A stretch of 61,590 bases of DNA, filler included. It is 8 parts of 8 records of this genome, joined end to end, with 100 filler letters (N's around TTAATTAATTAA, not from the genome) between each part and the next. Parts side by side here need not be neighbours in the genome. Positions count along the whole stretch, not along the records: positions 1 to 7,779 come from SRR2962707_4407; positions 7,880 to 14,268 come from SRR2962707_4409; 6 more parts are not named here. The stretch is one strand, 5' to 3'. The notes under the pieces are model-generated. The model had not been told where the DNA came from, did no database searches, and was given only the letters and a program-made list of their open reading frames with translations. How positions within the stretch are numbered: the first letter of the stretch is position 1; each line of letters starts with the position of its first letter. This document shows, piece by piece, positions 1-8,119 of the stretch. The translations under genes were made by a program, and so were the position numbers.

Positions 1-95
1 ATTTATGGGGAATAACCACACCACATAGGCGCTGCCTTGCCTGAATACCAAACAGGCTGCTGCAAATTTAACCTTGAAAGGTAAACAGACCCTAG
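1..95. mobile_element. One end of a probable MITE / IS5-family-like non-autonomous repeat, truncated at the window start
   Basis: The minus strand reads CTAG-GGTCTGTTTACCTTTCAAGGTTAAATTTGCAGCAGCC..., non-coding, just after the stop of the last operon gene. The end motif GGGTCTGTT beside a CTAG/TA site resembles, from memory and unverified, a dispersed intergenic repeat of Pseudoalteromonas/Shewanella/Colwellia-type genomes. Confidence 0.5.
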
Positions 96-104
96 TCTTC
101 AGTC

Positions 105-971
105 TCACATGCTGTGAAGTATTTTATCTAAGTTGGCTTTTGATTTAGCAACGCTTTGTAAAGGCGTTAAACCAGCAGGGTATTCTTCTTGCTCTACAAC
201 CAACCACTGCGTGCCGCCATCGGTTATGAGTGCCTGAATTATTTTTTGCCATGGATAATTATTTTCCCCGAATATAGGGCTTAAGCCGTCATTTTCGTGG
301 GTGCGAACTTTTAAATGTGTCGCATAGGTTCTACCTGCATACTTCTTTATGAAATGGATTGGTTCTTTTCCTGCGTAATGCACCCAGCCAATATCAAGTT
401 GTAATGGCAAATTTGTGGGTGTATTACTGGCAATCGCATCCCAATAGGTTGCGCTTTTAAATTGTTCGAACTCTCTATTATGATTATGAAAGCCAATTTG
501 CATCTCATATTTTTGTGCGATTTCGTTTAATGCTGTTAATTGTTTTGTTAGTGACATAACACCTTCAGGGTCCCATGCACGCTCATCCCACGGCACGAAT
601 AAAGTAGTGACACCGAGTGTTTTATAAAATAATAAGGTTTCCATTAAGCGGGTGTCAGTTAATGCATCAAAGCCAATATGCGCACTGCTGGCCACTAAAT
701 CTAAGCTTGCGAGTTTGTTTTTAAGCGCCCGAGGATTATTTTCATAGGGGCCAAAATCACCAGCAAACTCGAGTCCTTGAAATCCCATGTCAGCAAGGCT
801 TGTGATGGTTGCGTTAAAGTCTGCTTTTAATGCCTCTTTAACCGACCACAATTGAACGCTTACTTTAACGGAGTCGCTCGTATTAGCGGTGGCAGGTGAA
901 GATTGTAGTGCGAGTATGACTAACATGCTTGCGACAGCATTAATTAAGAATGAATACATGGCTTTAAACAT
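105..971 (-). CDS. Exported sugar phosphate isomerase/epimerase-family TIM barrel (xylose-isomerase-like/AP_endonuc_2); putative 3-keto-glycoside eliminase or hydratase
   Basis: Signal-peptide-like N-terminus (…SSPATA), then SVQLWSVK, GFQGLEFAG, IGFHNHNREF, LQLDIGW, HLK and VVEQE metal-binding motifs. Confidence 0.85.
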   Translation of the reverse strand: MFKAMYSFLINAVASMLVILALQSSPATANTSDSVKVSVQLWSVKEALKADFNATITSLADMGFQGLEFAGDFGPYENNPRALKNKLASLDLVASSAHIGFDALTDTRLMETLLFYKTLGVTTLFVPWDERAWDPEGVMSLTKQLTALNEIAQKYEMQIGFHNHNREFEQFKSATYWDAIASNTPTNLPLQLDIGWVHYAGKEPIHFIKKYAGRTYATHLKVRTHENDGLSPIFGENNYPWQKIIQALITDGGTQWLVVEQEEYPAGLTPLQSVAKSKANLDKILHSM

Positions 972-983
972 AATAAAATACCT

Positions 984-1011
984 AAAAATAAGCAGAGATC
1001 ACTCCCTGCTT
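984..1011 (-). terminator. Intra-operon hairpin / intrinsic terminator-like element
   Basis: Minus strand AAGCAGGGA-GTGA-TCTCTGCTT followed by ATTTTT, between the dehydrogenase small-subunit gene and the last TIM-barrel gene. Confidence 0.5.
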
Positions 1012-1042
1012 TGGTCTGGGCTAACTAACAATGTGTTGTGGA

Positions 1043-1795
1043 TCAATCCTCTTTGTAAGCATATTCGCTCAAGCCAAGCTCATCTAAAATATGCTCTAAA
1101 TGGGCTTTAGCCTCGGTTGAAGGGCCAGGGTAATCGCCTGCAATGGGCACATTGCCTAAATAGCCGATATCTTTACAACCTTGTGGGGTACAAAAGAACG
1201 CAGCCAAAACTAATTCCTTAAAGCGATTGAATGCTTTAGCAATACGCTGGAAATGCTCTGGCGTATCGTCATTATAATAAGCTATATCATCCAATATAGC
1301 GTGTTGCTGTTCTTTATTGAGAGTGCTGTAAAGCTTATCAAAACGGATTTTAGATTCGTCATCAATCCACGCTAATGCATGTAAAATAGTAACACGATCT
1401 TTTTGTTGGCCATGATAGGGCGCGCTGACCCACTCATCGATAACACTCGGCACATTAAGCTCCGATGCGCTTGGGATATTACCTTCTTTTGGCACTAGCA
1501 GATCAGATAAAATAGCCACTAAAGTCAGCTGTGACTGGGTTAAGGTTAACGGCCAAGGCGATGCCGGTGGCATTACTAGGTTAGGATCGGTGCCATAACC
1601 TTTTGCTGTAATGGGAGCTATTTCAATATCAGGCCAATGCCCTGAACTGGTTGGCGTATCTTCAAGTACTTTAGTACAACCTGTGGTTAAACCAACAGTT
1701 GAACCTGCAGCAAGTAAGCCCAACCACTTAAGTGATTCTCGGCGTGTCATACCAGAAATATATTTGTATGAATCCATACGGTCGTTGGTGTTCAT
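1043..1795 (-). CDS. Gluconate 2-dehydrogenase subunit 3-family protein (Tat-exported small subunit of a glycoside 3-dehydrogenase)
   Basis: Twin-arginine motif TRRESLK and C-terminal FFCTPQGCKDIGYLGNVP. Overlaps the GMC gene stop by 1 nt. Confidence 0.85.
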   Translation of the reverse strand: MNTNDRMDSYKYISGMTRRESLKWLGLLAAGSTVGLTTGCTKVLEDTPTSSGHWPDIEIAPITAKGYGTDPNLVMPPASPWPLTLTQSQLTLVAILSDLLVPKEGNIPSASELNVPSVIDEWVSAPYHGQQKDRVTILHALAWIDDESKIRFDKLYSTLNKEQQHAILDDIAYYNDDTPEHFQRIAKAFNRFKELVLAAFFCTPQGCKDIGYLGNVPIAGDYPGPSTEAKAHLEHILDELGLSEYAYKED

Positions 1796-3474
1796 TACAA
1801 TACTCCTTCACTGATCTGTTTAGCTAACCAAGTCGAATTACGCATCGCCAGTGTCATAATCGTTAAGGTACAATTTTTATGCGGGTTAGAAGCGAACACG
1901 CCGGCATCCATAACAAACAAATTGTTGCAATCCCAGGTTTGTCCCCACTGATTAGTTACCGAGTCTTTTGCTGAGCTGCCCATACGGGTTGTGCCAACTT
2001 CATGGATAATTTCGCCGCCCTTTGAAATCGCTTGCTCAGCAGAAGGTAATTTGCCTACTTTGGCACCCATGTTTTCAAGGATTTGCTTCGCTGTTTTTAA
2101 ACCATGCTCAATTTGCTTAAGTTCTCGATCAGACCACTTAAAGTGAAATTTAGAGACAGGGATACCCCATTTATCTTTTACGGTTTCGTCAATTTCCATG
2201 TAGGTATCTTTATTAGGTAGCATTTCGCCGCGCAGAGCAAAGCCAACGTATGAGCCATAAGCATCTCGTATTTGTTGCTTTAATTGACTACCATAACCTT
2301 GCTTATCACCGGATACACCAGCTCCTGGTTGGTTAAAGCCACTGCCTATTTCAAAGTGATAACCACGCGGGAAATCAAGTTCTCCTTTGGCTTGGGCTTG
2401 GTGTCCCCACCAAGGAATAAATAAATGATTGGCGGTGTGGCCATCTTCGTTATAACGCGGGCGGCCTTTTAGTGCAGGAATTTGCGCGCCTAACCAAGCA
2501 CCAGTTGAATCCATTAAATTACGACCTACTTGATCACTTGAATTAGCTAAACCTTTAGGGTGCTTTTTGTGTTTAGAATTAAGTAGAATTCGTGCTGATT
2601 CACAGGCGCTGGCCGCCAAAATAACGACATCGGCATCAATAGCGTGTTCTTGCGCAGAGTGCTTGTCTATATAACTTACACCAGTAACTTTGCCATCATC
2701 ATTCACAGCCACCGATTTTACCATTGCATCGGTGATCACTTTTAAATTACCTGTGGCTTGTGCCATCGGTAATAAAGATGTGGTGGTTTGAAAAGCGGCA
2801 CCAATTGAGCAACCCGCGCCACATGGAGTGGCGTAAAAGCAAGCCATCCGATCATCTTTAGGGCGAGTTAATACCGCGCGATGCATAGGTGCGGCGGTAA
2901 TGCCAAGCTTCTTCGCTGAGGCTGCAATTAATAATTCTGGCACGCGGGGCTTCGGTGGCGGCTGTAATACACCCTCAGGTGAAGGAGGCATGTCATCTAA
3001 GCCGGTGTTAGTGCCACAAATACCGACTAACTCTTCGGTAATGTCGTACCAAGGAGCGATATCTTCGTATACAAATGGCCAATCAGCACCTTGGCCGTCT
3101 CGGCTTTTACCTTTAAAGTCATGTTCACTAAAACGAAGTGAATAGCGACCCCAATGGTTAGTACGTCCGCCGAGCATGCGTGCACGCCACCATAAAAACT
3201 CTGAGCCTTTCGCGCTAGTATAAGGCTCATCGGGCACCTGCCAACCGCCATCAACAGTGGCATCATAAAAACCAAAATTTTTATCTTTAGTACTGGTTGC
3301 CATTAATGGCGCTTCACTGTTACGGCGAAACATAGGGCTTTCTGTTTTCGGGTCGTAATTACGGCCCGCTTCGAGTAATAATACTTTGTGGCCAAGCTTT
3401 GTAAGAGTATAGGCGGCCATTGCACCACCTGCACCTGAGCCGACAACTAACACTTTATGGTCAAATGTTGACAT
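1795..3474 (-). CDS. GMC-family FAD oxidoreductase (glycoside 3-dehydrogenase large subunit)
   Basis: VVGSGAGG FAD motif, RMLGGRTNHWGR, Fe-S-type Cys cluster CFYATPCGAGC, HEVGTTRMG and NCTLTIMTLA. Confidence 0.93.
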   Translation of the reverse strand: MSTFDHKVLVVGSGAGGAMAAYTLTKLGHKVLLLEAGRNYDPKTESPMFRRNSEAPLMATSTKDKNFGFYDATVDGGWQVPDEPYTSAKGSEFLWWRARMLGGRTNHWGRYSLRFSEHDFKGKSRDGQGADWPFVYEDIAPWYDITEELVGICGTNTGLDDMPPSPEGVLQPPPKPRVPELLIAASAKKLGITAAPMHRAVLTRPKDDRMACFYATPCGAGCSIGAAFQTTTSLLPMAQATGNLKVITDAMVKSVAVNDDGKVTGVSYIDKHSAQEHAIDADVVILAASACESARILLNSKHKKHPKGLANSSDQVGRNLMDSTGAWLGAQIPALKGRPRYNEDGHTANHLFIPWWGHQAQAKGELDFPRGYHFEIGSGFNQPGAGVSGDKQGYGSQLKQQIRDAYGSYVGFALRGEMLPNKDTYMEIDETVKDKWGIPVSKFHFKWSDRELKQIEHGLKTAKQILENMGAKVGKLPSAEQAISKGGEIIHEVGTTRMGSSAKDSVTNQWGQTWDCNNLFVMDAGVFASNPHKNCTLTIMTLAMRNSTWLAKQISEGVL

Positions 3475-3476
3475 AA

Positions 3477-4169
3477 TTACAGCTCCTTAATTTTTATATT
3501 TTTGAACCACACTTTGTCACCATGATCTTGCAGGCCAATACGGCCTTGTTTTGCAGTAGCAAAATCTGACCATGTTGCAAATTTACTGTTTTTAACTAAG
3601 GTATTCCACGTGCTGCTGCCCACTACAATACTGGCCGTGCTTACTCCATTTTGCCAAACCTGTAAATGGTTGTTGAGCATTTTGATGCGCACAGTATTCC
3701 ATTGCATTGCAGGTTTATGCGCTGCTGCAGGAGCTGTTAGCAAGTCATAAATTGACCCCGATAAATGAGAGTCGATTTTGGTATCTGAATGGCGTTCATT
3801 ATCAATAATTTGGATTTCAGGCGCATGCGAGTAAATATATTTACCCAGTTCATCGGCTAGAACAAAAATGCCGCTATTACCAACTTCACTGATTTTCCAA
3901 TCAAGCTTTAAATCAAAGTTTTCATAGTTCTTTTTAGTTAATATGTCACCACCGCCTTTGGTAAGTAACATAGCACCATCGTCGATAGTCCATTTTGAGC
4001 TGAGTGTATCGCTTTTAAAATTGCGCCAATGAGACATATCTTGGCCGTTGAATAGTAATTGCCAACCAGCATTTTGTTCTTCTTTAGAAAGTTGGTTATC
4101 AATACTCTTAGCAAATGCAGTGCTAGTGAAAGCTAAAGCAATTGATAATGCTGAAAGTGATTTAAGCAT
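3477..4169 (-). CDS. DUF1080 / 3-keto-disaccharide hydrolase-family periplasmic protein
   Basis: Signal peptide (…TAFA), GWQLLFNG, GNSGIF, EIQIID and C-terminal GRIGLQDHGDKVWFKNIKIKEL. Confidence 0.92.
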   Translation of the reverse strand: MLKSLSALSIALAFTSTAFAKSIDNQLSKEEQNAGWQLLFNGQDMSHWRNFKSDTLSSKWTIDDGAMLLTKGGGDILTKKNYENFDLKLDWKISEVGNSGIFVLADELGKYIYSHAPEIQIIDNERHSDTKIDSHLSGSIYDLLTAPAAAHKPAMQWNTVRIKMLNNHLQVWQNGVSTASIVVGSSTWNTLVKNSKFATWSDFATAKQGRIGLQDHGDKVWFKNIKIKEL

Positions 4170-4205
4170 AAAGTACCCCTTTATTTTGTGTGCGACGTAT
4201 TGCTA

Positions 4206-5423
4206 TTAAACGTATTTTTCTACATTTTTGTGTTTTGTTATAAACAGGTGAAGCCCGATAAATACAACTATCAATACAATTGGAAAGATTAATAGGTTTT
4301 GCAAAACAGCCTGACCGGCAACGACTTCTATTTGCTCTGCTGAGATCTGTGTTTGTTGAGCTTGCTGTTTCGCAGTGTCAATCCAGTAGCCTATTACTGG
4401 GTTCCACAGACTCATTGCAAACATGCCTGCGCCACCGATTAATGACATGCCTAACGCCCCCGTTTTTGGTGTGTACTCAGCAACACAGCCAATCATGGTA
4501 GGCCAAAAATAAGTAACGCCGATGGCGAATAGGGCGGCGGCAAAATAAATTGCGCTGCCTTGTGCTTGGCTCATTAAAAATATGCCAATGGTTGAAAATA
4601 CAGCTGAACCTAGTAGCACGCCCGATGGGCTAAAGCGATGCACAATAGGGCCTGCAAAGAAGCGACCCAGCGCCATTAATCCGGTGATAAGCGCGAGAAT
4701 AACCATAGGCGAGGCACCCGACGAGCCGAGGATTTGTTCAATCCACTGTTGAGTACCAAACTCGGTCACTGCGGTTAGGGTCATGCAAATAATTAAAAAC
4801 AGATATAAAGGCGAAAGTAAGTGTTTTAAGTTACTCGAAGTTGAGTTTTGTTGAGCATCAAATTGTGGAAATTGCGCTTTTACCATCATCAGGCCATAGA
4901 TAATGGTTGGTACTAGAATTAACGCCACTTGCCATTGCCAGCTCAAACCAAAAGAGGTCATCGCGTTTGACGCCAGTGCACCAATAACAATGCCGCCAGG
5001 GAACCAAACATGGAATCGGTTTAACATTGTTGTGGTGTTTTTTGGGTACATTTGCGCAATAAGCGGATTACATCCAGCTTCAACTGAGCCATTGGCAAAG
5101 CCAATTAAAAAGGTTGAGATAAGTAATCCCCAAAAACCTTCAGCCATGATGGTTAAAAGCAGCCCCGCTAAGTGACAAACAAATGCTAAAGCCACTAATT
5201 TCTTAGCGCCAATGGCATTGTAAATAATGCCTCCGAGCATAGTCGCAACCGGAAAACCCAAAAATGCCATCGCATTGACCCAGCCTAGCTGAGCGCCAGT
5301 TAAACCAAATTGCTCGCCTAATTGCCCTAAAATTCCGGCTCTTATCGCAAACGTCATTGATGTAACAATGAGTGCAATACAGCAAAGCCGAAAAATAATA
5401 CGGTGGTTATTGTTATTATTCAT
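4206..5423 (-). CDS. MFS sugar transporter
   Basis: About 12 hydrophobic segments, GFANGSVEAGCNPLIA and LNRFHVWFPGGIVIG, within a sugar operon. Confidence 0.88.
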   Translation of the reverse strand: MNNNNNHRIIFRLCCIALIVTSMTFAIRAGILGQLGEQFGLTGAQLGWVNAMAFLGFPVATMLGGIIYNAIGAKKLVALAFVCHLAGLLLTIMAEGFWGLLISTFLIGFANGSVEAGCNPLIAQMYPKNTTTMLNRFHVWFPGGIVIGALASNAMTSFGLSWQWQVALILVPTIIYGLMMVKAQFPQFDAQQNSTSSNLKHLLSPLYLFLIICMTLTAVTEFGTQQWIEQILGSSGASPMVILALITGLMALGRFFAGPIVHRFSPSGVLLGSAVFSTIGIFLMSQAQGSAIYFAAALFAIGVTYFWPTMIGCVAEYTPKTGALGMSLIGGAGMFAMSLWNPVIGYWIDTAKQQAQQTQISAEQIEVVAGQAVLQNLLIFPIVLIVVFIGLHLFITKHKNVEKYV

Positions 5424-5438
5424 TGTGTGTGTTCCTGT

Positions 5439-6494
5439 TTATTTAATGCCTAATATCCGCTTATTACGCTCATCATTGGTTGCCAGTGCAGTAAAGTCAT
5501 CGAATGCTTTAGCTGTTGGGCGGATCAGATGATCTTGAATAAATTTAGCGCCTTCACGGGCGCCATCTTCTGGGTGTTTAATACAGCACTCCCACTCTAA
5601 AACGGCCCAACCATCAAACCCATATTGGGTTAATTTGCTAAAAATACTCTTAAAATCAATTTGGCCATCACCTAACGAGCGGAACCTGCCGGGGCGGTCC
5701 TGCCAATTTTGATAGCCGCCATAGACGCCGCTACGGCCATTTTGATTAAATTCCGCATCCTTGACGTGGAATGCTTTTATACGCGTGTGATAAATATCAA
5801 TAAACGAAAGATAATCAAGTTGCTGTAATACAAAATGGCTTGGATCATAAAGAATATTTACCCGAGGATGGTTATTGGTCGCCGCTAAAAAGCGCTCAAA
5901 AGTAATACCATCATGTAAATCTTCACCAGGATGCAACTCGTAACAAACATCCACTCCCATTTCATCAAAGTAATCGAGTATTGGAAGCCAGCGATTAGCC
6001 AGTTCAGTAAACCCAGCCTCAACTAGACCTTGTGGTCGTTGCGGCCAAGGATAGAAAGTATGCCAAAGCAACGCGCCAGAGAAAGTAACATGGGTGTCCA
6101 ATCCTAACTGTTTACTCGCTTTGGCGGCCACCATCAGTTGATTGATAGCCCACTTTGTTCTGTCTGCGGGGTTGCCGCGTAATTTCTCGGGCGCAAAGTT
6201 ATCGAACATTTCATCGTAAGCTGGATGTACGGCAACTAATTGACCTTGTAAATGCGTAGATAGCTCTGAAATTGTAAGCCCTGCTTGTGCTGCAATACCA
6301 GTCACCTCATCGCAGTAATCTTGGCTTTGAGCGGCTTTTTCTAAGTCAAACAGCTTGGGATTTGAGGTGGGGAGTTGAATTGCTTTATAGCCTAAACTTG
6401 CCGCCCACTGACAAATACTTTTAAAGTCGTTAAAAGGGGCCTCATCACTGATAAATTGGGCTAAAAATATTGCCGGGCCTTTTATGTTATTCAT
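5439..6494 (-). CDS. Cytoplasmic sugar phosphate isomerase/epimerase (IolE/AP_endonuc_2-like TIM barrel)
   Basis: Probable start MNNIKGPAIFLAQF at 6494. Motifs YELHPGEDLHDG, YDPSHF, FHVKDAEF and WAVLEWECC. Confidence 0.9.
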   Translation of the reverse strand: MNNIKGPAIFLAQFISDEAPFNDFKSICQWAASLGYKAIQLPTSNPKLFDLEKAAQSQDYCDEVTGIAAQAGLTISELSTHLQGQLVAVHPAYDEMFDNFAPEKLRGNPADRTKWAINQLMVAAKASKQLGLDTHVTFSGALLWHTFYPWPQRPQGLVEAGFTELANRWLPILDYFDEMGVDVCYELHPGEDLHDGITFERFLAATNNHPRVNILYDPSHFVLQQLDYLSFIDIYHTRIKAFHVKDAEFNQNGRSGVYGGYQNWQDRPGRFRSLGDGQIDFKSIFSKLTQYGFDGWAVLEWECCIKHPEDGAREGAKFIQDHLIRPTAKAFDDFTALATNDERNKRILGIK

Positions 6495-6501
6495 AGTTTG
6501 C

Positions 6502-7662
6502 TTATCCAATTTTAAATGTTTGCCATTTCGTGTCTTGGCTTGATGCCTGTACAGCATTTTCAATAAATGCCATGCCACGAATGGCTTCTTTAATACCCGG
6601 TACGTCATAGTCAGCGTTACTTGCCAGGCCACCTGCTTTTTTCGCGTCGATCTGCTTAGCAAAATTGACATAGATATTGGCAAATGCCTCAAGGTAACCT
6701 TCGGGGTGACCGGCGGGGGAACGTAAAGCACTTTGAGCGGCTTGGCTTTTTAGCGCCACTCCTGCTCGCAGCAAAGTTGTTGGCGCATTATGACTTTTTA
6801 GCCATAAACTGTTGGGTTCCATTTGCGACCATTCGATACTGGCTTTATCGCCGTAAATACGCAGAGTAAGATTATTTTCTTCGCCAAGAGCAACTTGGCT
6901 GGCTAATAACACACCTTTGCAACCTGTGTTAAAACGCAGTAATACCGTACCATCGTCATCAAGGGTGCGCCCTGGTACAACGTGGTTTAAATCTGCGCAT
7001 AACGCTGTTATTTCCAAGTTACTGACATATTCAGCTAAGTTTGCAGCATGGACACCAATATCGGCTATACAGCAGCTAATACCTGCTTGTTGCGGATCTA
7101 AACGCCATTTTGCTTGTTTAGCTTGCTCGTCTTCATTGCTCGAAAGCCAACCTTGACTGTATTCCACAATTACTTTGCGAATAGTCCCCAGCTCACCTTG
7201 AGCAATACGATGACGTGCTTCTTTGATCATCGGGTAACCCGTGTAAGTGTGTGTTAAGCCATACAAGCAATCATTTGATTGCACGATTTGCTCTAATAAC
7301 AAGGCCTCTTGTAAATTCAAGGTCGCGGGTTTATCTGATAAAACATGAAAGCCGCTCTCAATGGCAAGCTTTGCGATGGGAAAATGCAAATGATTAGGGG
7401 TAACAATGGCGACAAAATCAATGCGTTGATCTGCTGGTAACTTAGCTTCCTCGATAAACATTTGCTGATAACTGTCATAACTGCGAGTTGGATTTATTCC
7501 TAACATAGCTGCTGTTGCTTGGCTACGGGCTGGATCTGAACTAAAAGAACCCGCAACTAACTCAATTAAGCCATCTAAACGCGCTGCAATACGATGAATA
7601 GCACCAATAAATGCACCTTCAGCACCACCAACCATGCCCATACGGATCTTTGTTTTATTCAT
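6502..7662 (-). CDS. Gfo/Idh/MocA-family NAD(P)-dependent oxidoreductase
   Basis: IRMGMVGGAEGAFIGAIHR, VTPNHLH, SDKP, YTGYPM, DIGVHA and GHPEGYLEAFANIY. Start set at MNKTK. Confidence 0.92.
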   Translation of the reverse strand: MNKTKIRMGMVGGAEGAFIGAIHRIAARLDGLIELVAGSFSSDPARSQATAAMLGINPTRSYDSYQQMFIEEAKLPADQRIDFVAIVTPNHLHFPIAKLAIESGFHVLSDKPATLNLQEALLLEQIVQSNDCLYGLTHTYTGYPMIKEARHRIAQGELGTIRKVIVEYSQGWLSSNEDEQAKQAKWRLDPQQAGISCCIADIGVHAANLAEYVSNLEITALCADLNHVVPGRTLDDDGTVLLRFNTGCKGVLLASQVALGEENNLTLRIYGDKASIEWSQMEPNSLWLKSHNAPTTLLRAGVALKSQAAQSALRSPAGHPEGYLEAFANIYVNFAKQIDAKKAGGLASNADYDVPGIKEAIRGMAFIENAVQASSQDTKWQTFKIG

Positions 7663-7779
7663 TAAAAGTTCCATTTCAGTAACTGACAACTGAAGTTAGT
7701 TAATATCATGTTATTAATAATAGGGAATGCCTGGCAGTAGGGCTAATATAAATTCGGTTGACAATGCAATAAAATCGGC

Positions 7780-7879
7780 NNNNNNNNNNNNNNNNNNNNN
7801 NNNNNNNNNNNNNNNNNNNNNNNTTAATTAATTAANNNNNNNNNNNNNNNNNNNNNNNNNNNNNNNNNNNNNNNNNNNN
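7780..7879. other. Artificial contig spacer (N44-TTAATTAATTAA-N44)
   Basis: An identical 100-bp linker with stops in all six frames recurs at 14269-14368, 20785-20884, 34891-34990, 41029-41128, 48648-48747 and 53843-53942. Confidence 0.98.
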
Positions 7880-7903
7880 TTGTTGTTGTTGTTGTTGTTG
7901 TTG
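7880..7903. repeat. (TTG)n microsatellite at contig start
   Basis: Directly visible tandem TTG units. Confidence 0.9.
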
Positions 7904-8119
7904 TGTGGCAGTATTTTGTTTTCTGTTTTTCTTCCGTCTGCTTTCGAAATAGTTGCACTGCTGTTCCAGGGCCTGTCCCAGGACTGAGTGTCGCAGCACT
8001 GTCCCTGCGTGGTCGGTGGTGGTCTGCTGGAGGTCTGGGGACTCGTCTGAGCAGGTGCGGTGGGGGTGGGGTGCCGGTTCGTTAGGGTGGGACGAGGTGG
8101 CGAGGTGGGGTGAATCGAG

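Noticed and set aside
6495-6731. N-terminal extension of the 430-aa ORF in the track
   Set aside because: It overlaps the Gfo/Idh/MocA gene; family similarity starts at MNNIKGP (6494).
7824-7835. TTAATTAATTAA palindrome recurring seven times, considered as a biological repeat or recombination site
   Set aside because: It is always centred in an identical N-padded 100-bp block; it is a synthetic all-frame-stop linker.
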